The notes under the pieces: generated by a model
Database searches by the model: none
The model's input: the letters and a program-made list of their open reading frames with translations, nothing else
What the model was told of the DNA's origin: nothing
Position numbers and translations under genes: made by a program
Shown: in pieces, positions 59,587 to 64,000 of the stretch
How the letters are laid out: every line of letters begins with the position of its first letter
How positions within the stretch are numbered: the first letter of the stretch is position 1
Assembly: GCA_036867785.1 (NCBI GenBank)
Contig: CP145420.1
Location: forward strand, 186,001-250,000
Source of the DNA: Plasmodiophora brassicae
Lineage: Eukaryota
Length of the DNA: 64,000 nt
Direction of reading: 5' to 3'

Positions 59587-59760
59587 GACGGGCAGCAAGT
59601 CGCGGTTTGGCCGTCCGACGGAGTTCGCCGGATCGGGAAACGAGGGGTCAGCTCTCGCTTGGCGCTTCCGCTACCTGCTGATAGCCGTTGCGGCGCAATT
59701 CGAGTGCGGCGGGATTTTCCCCGCACGACTCCAATTTGGTGCTGACGCCGCCAATATAGC

Positions 59761-61957
<2,197 letters not shown>

Positions 61958-62276
61958 GAAGAGCAGAGCACTGCTCATGTCCTGCGTCATGCTCTAACCC
62001 TGGGCAGAAAGCGTTTGGCCGCATTCGCGCGCCTGAGAGCAAGCCCGGCCAAATGATTAGACCCAGTGCACAGTACTGCTGTCGCCGTACGGTAGGCCTT
62101 TGCCGTTCATGATCTGAACCGCAGCCGATCGTAGTCGTCGGCCTGTGCAGAGCGAGAATGCATAGGCGATCGCCACTGCTTCATGTTGTGGCTCTGCTGG
62201 CCAACGCGGAATCTCACATTTCTAGGCGAACCGTCCTGCACTGTAATGACTAATGACGAACGCGCGCACGTGTCCC

Positions 62277-62951
62277 TTATTTGGCATCGACGAACCTCTG
62301 CTGGAATTCCGTGATCGACACAGGGCACGCCTGCTTCTCGTCGTAATCGAACCAGTCGTCGTCGAGGCTGATCGAGTCGAACGCCGTACTGGATAGCCCA
62401 CTGGCCGATACAGCGTCGGCGTCGGGCGTCCAGGACACCAAGTCGACGCCGCGTCCTTCGAACGTGCCGATCGAGACGAACTGGCCTGCGCCGTTCCACA
62501 GTTGCATTCAGACAGACCAGGTGCACGACGCAGCGCCAAAGCGACCTGCGGAATCGTCGGCGTACTCGACCGTGTCTGCGCTGGACAGGATCTTCACGTT
62601 TCCGGTGCGTTCGCACATCTGCAACCGGTGCACACGACGGTCAGCGGCGCGACGTCCCGCACACCAGTGCGACGCGCGCTCCATCCCCACCTTGCATTTG
62701 ATGACGACATGCGCGTCGCCTCGGCTGCCGGGCACCGGGACGGATTCCTACGACAGCAGCACGTCAGGAGCCCCGGCATGGCGACAGACGGCTGAGAGAG
62801 AGGGAGAGACACTGGGGTCCAGGTGAACGTTCTGCGGGAACGCCTCGCTGCAGTTGGCGCAGCGCGCCGCGAACGCCCAGCCGGCGCGCCTGTCGAACAG
62901 GACGGCGCGGATGCCGTCCAGCTCCATGCGCACCTGCAGGTCCACCTTCAT
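62277..62951 (-). CDS. CZIB: DUF866 / CXXC zinc-binding protein
   Basis: RCANCSE, PGSRGDAHVVIKCK/MCER, FEGRGVDL, DWFDYDEK. Confidence 0.85.
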
Positions 62952-63188
62952 GGGCGCGCGTCCGATTCGGCGGAGTCGCACGACGCCGCCGCGCACCGCC
63001 TGCCGAGTACGACAGGACTAAGTTCGAGCGACTCCCTGCGCGCAGCAGACAGGGCAGTCGGGTGGCACCACAGGGTCTCCTGTTTGGTTCGCGACGGCGG
63101 GTCGGGTTCTGACCTCGACGAAGGTCGGCGCTGATGACGACGGGCAGCGTGTAGGGCGCGCGCGCAGTTGTGCCTTCGCGGCCCACGA

Positions 63189-64000
63189 ATGGCGGATGGG
63201 CGCCCGTGGCTGAAGCATGCGATCGTCGGCGCGCTGGGCCCCGACCCGCAGCCCCGCCCGACCGACCTGCTGTCCAACGCCGTCCGCGTGCGCGTCAGCA
63301 GGACGTCGTGGGCGGCGCCGTTCGCGCCGGTCCCTGTGCAACTCTCCGACGACCACCATTTCGTCGACGGCGTCCTGTCCGTCGACGCGATCGCCGGCTT
63401 CCTCAGGTACGCACCGGGCGAACGATGCCGGGGGCGCGCTCGACGCCGATATCAACGCGTGGCACAGAACGTTCGGGCAGGACACGCTGGAGCTGCTGGA
63501 GAACGCGATGGTCGGGCTGGGCAGGTGCGCCGTCGTGGTCGCCGCCCGCCATCCCGTCCGGGTCGTCGTGCGCGTCGACGAGTTCACGTTCCTGGGCGAA
63601 ACGGACATGTTCAGGTCGGCGCCCTGCGTCATGGGCGACCGGGCCGTCCTCGACGCCGTCGACTACTTCGTGAACGGGTTCTTCCGGACGCCCGTCGTCG
63701 ACCCGGGCAGGGTGGGCGGCGGCGGCGGCGCCCCCGAACCTCGGCACCTGCAGGACTGCCTCGTGACGAAGCCGACGGAGGCACGGTTTCGGGACGTGCC
63801 CGGGTGGCCGAACCTGACGAACGACGACGTCGTCGATGATGATGATGTGCGCTCCCGGGGGAGCGCGGCAGCGTCGCCCGCCCCGGCGAAGGAGGCGGCG
63901 TCGCAGATCCTGTTCTTCTCGCCGACCAAGGACGACCAGGAGCAGGATCGTCTCGACGGCCTGGCCGACACGGATCGTCAAGCCGTTGCCGATATCGCCC
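63189..64000 (+). CDS. Possible TPP1/Est3-like OB-fold protein (runs off the window)
   Basis: N-terminal RPWL, LSDDHHFVDGVLSVDAIAGF and VVVRVDEFTFLG resemble the TPP1 OB fold. Similarity judged by eye only. Confidence 0.4.

Larger units (their letters stand above)
57270..59754. mobile_element. IS630/Tc1-mariner superfamily transposon with two convergent ORFs
   Basis: Imperfect TIRs (26/34 identical): TTGGCGCTTTCAGGACAAAATTGGAATTTTGCGG versus the reverse complement of 59721-59754. TA at 57268-57269 and 59755-59756. Confidence 0.8.

Noticed and set aside
58624-59598. Fanzor/TnpB RNA-guided nuclease in the IS630-like element
   Set aside because: No recognisable RuvC motifs or CxxC zinc finger. 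The protein looks helical and coiled-coil.

Overview
Compact, GC-rich eukaryotic genomic DNA with many short (about 50-70 nt) GT-AG introns. Gene content and style suggest a phytomyxid such as Plasmodiophora brassicae; this is an inference I could not verify. Two housekeeping blocks flank an accessory island at about 15-32 kb. The housekeeping genes are VPS13 (C-terminal part), NAPE-PLD, a 7TM-RGS protein, UTP5/WDR43, LPCAT, ATP synthase d, VPS54, a chromodomain protein, a PP2A-like phosphatase, PFK-2/FBPase-2, a mitochondrial carrier, HADH, L2HGDH, PPCDC, SGT1, AGPS, a DUF866 protein and a TPP1-like gene. The island is a nested tandem duplication of a module pairing an orphan 112-113 aa ORF with a convergent secreted LRR gene in which each repeat has its own 72-nt exon. 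It carries an intact Ty1/Copia element, several MITEs with 8-bp TSDs and two minisatellite-bearing inserts. The most notable observations are: (1) the Copia element has a -1 frameshift signal after the protease and a half-tRNA-Lys primer site; (2) an IS630/Tc1-like DD34E transposon carries a second, convergent ORF of unknown function and ends 6 nt before the AGPS start codon; (3) a membrane-anchored His-brace LPMO-like gene lies tail-to-tail with a MITE-disrupted lectin/chitin-binding membrane protein gene. Exon boundaries were read by eye and are approximate.
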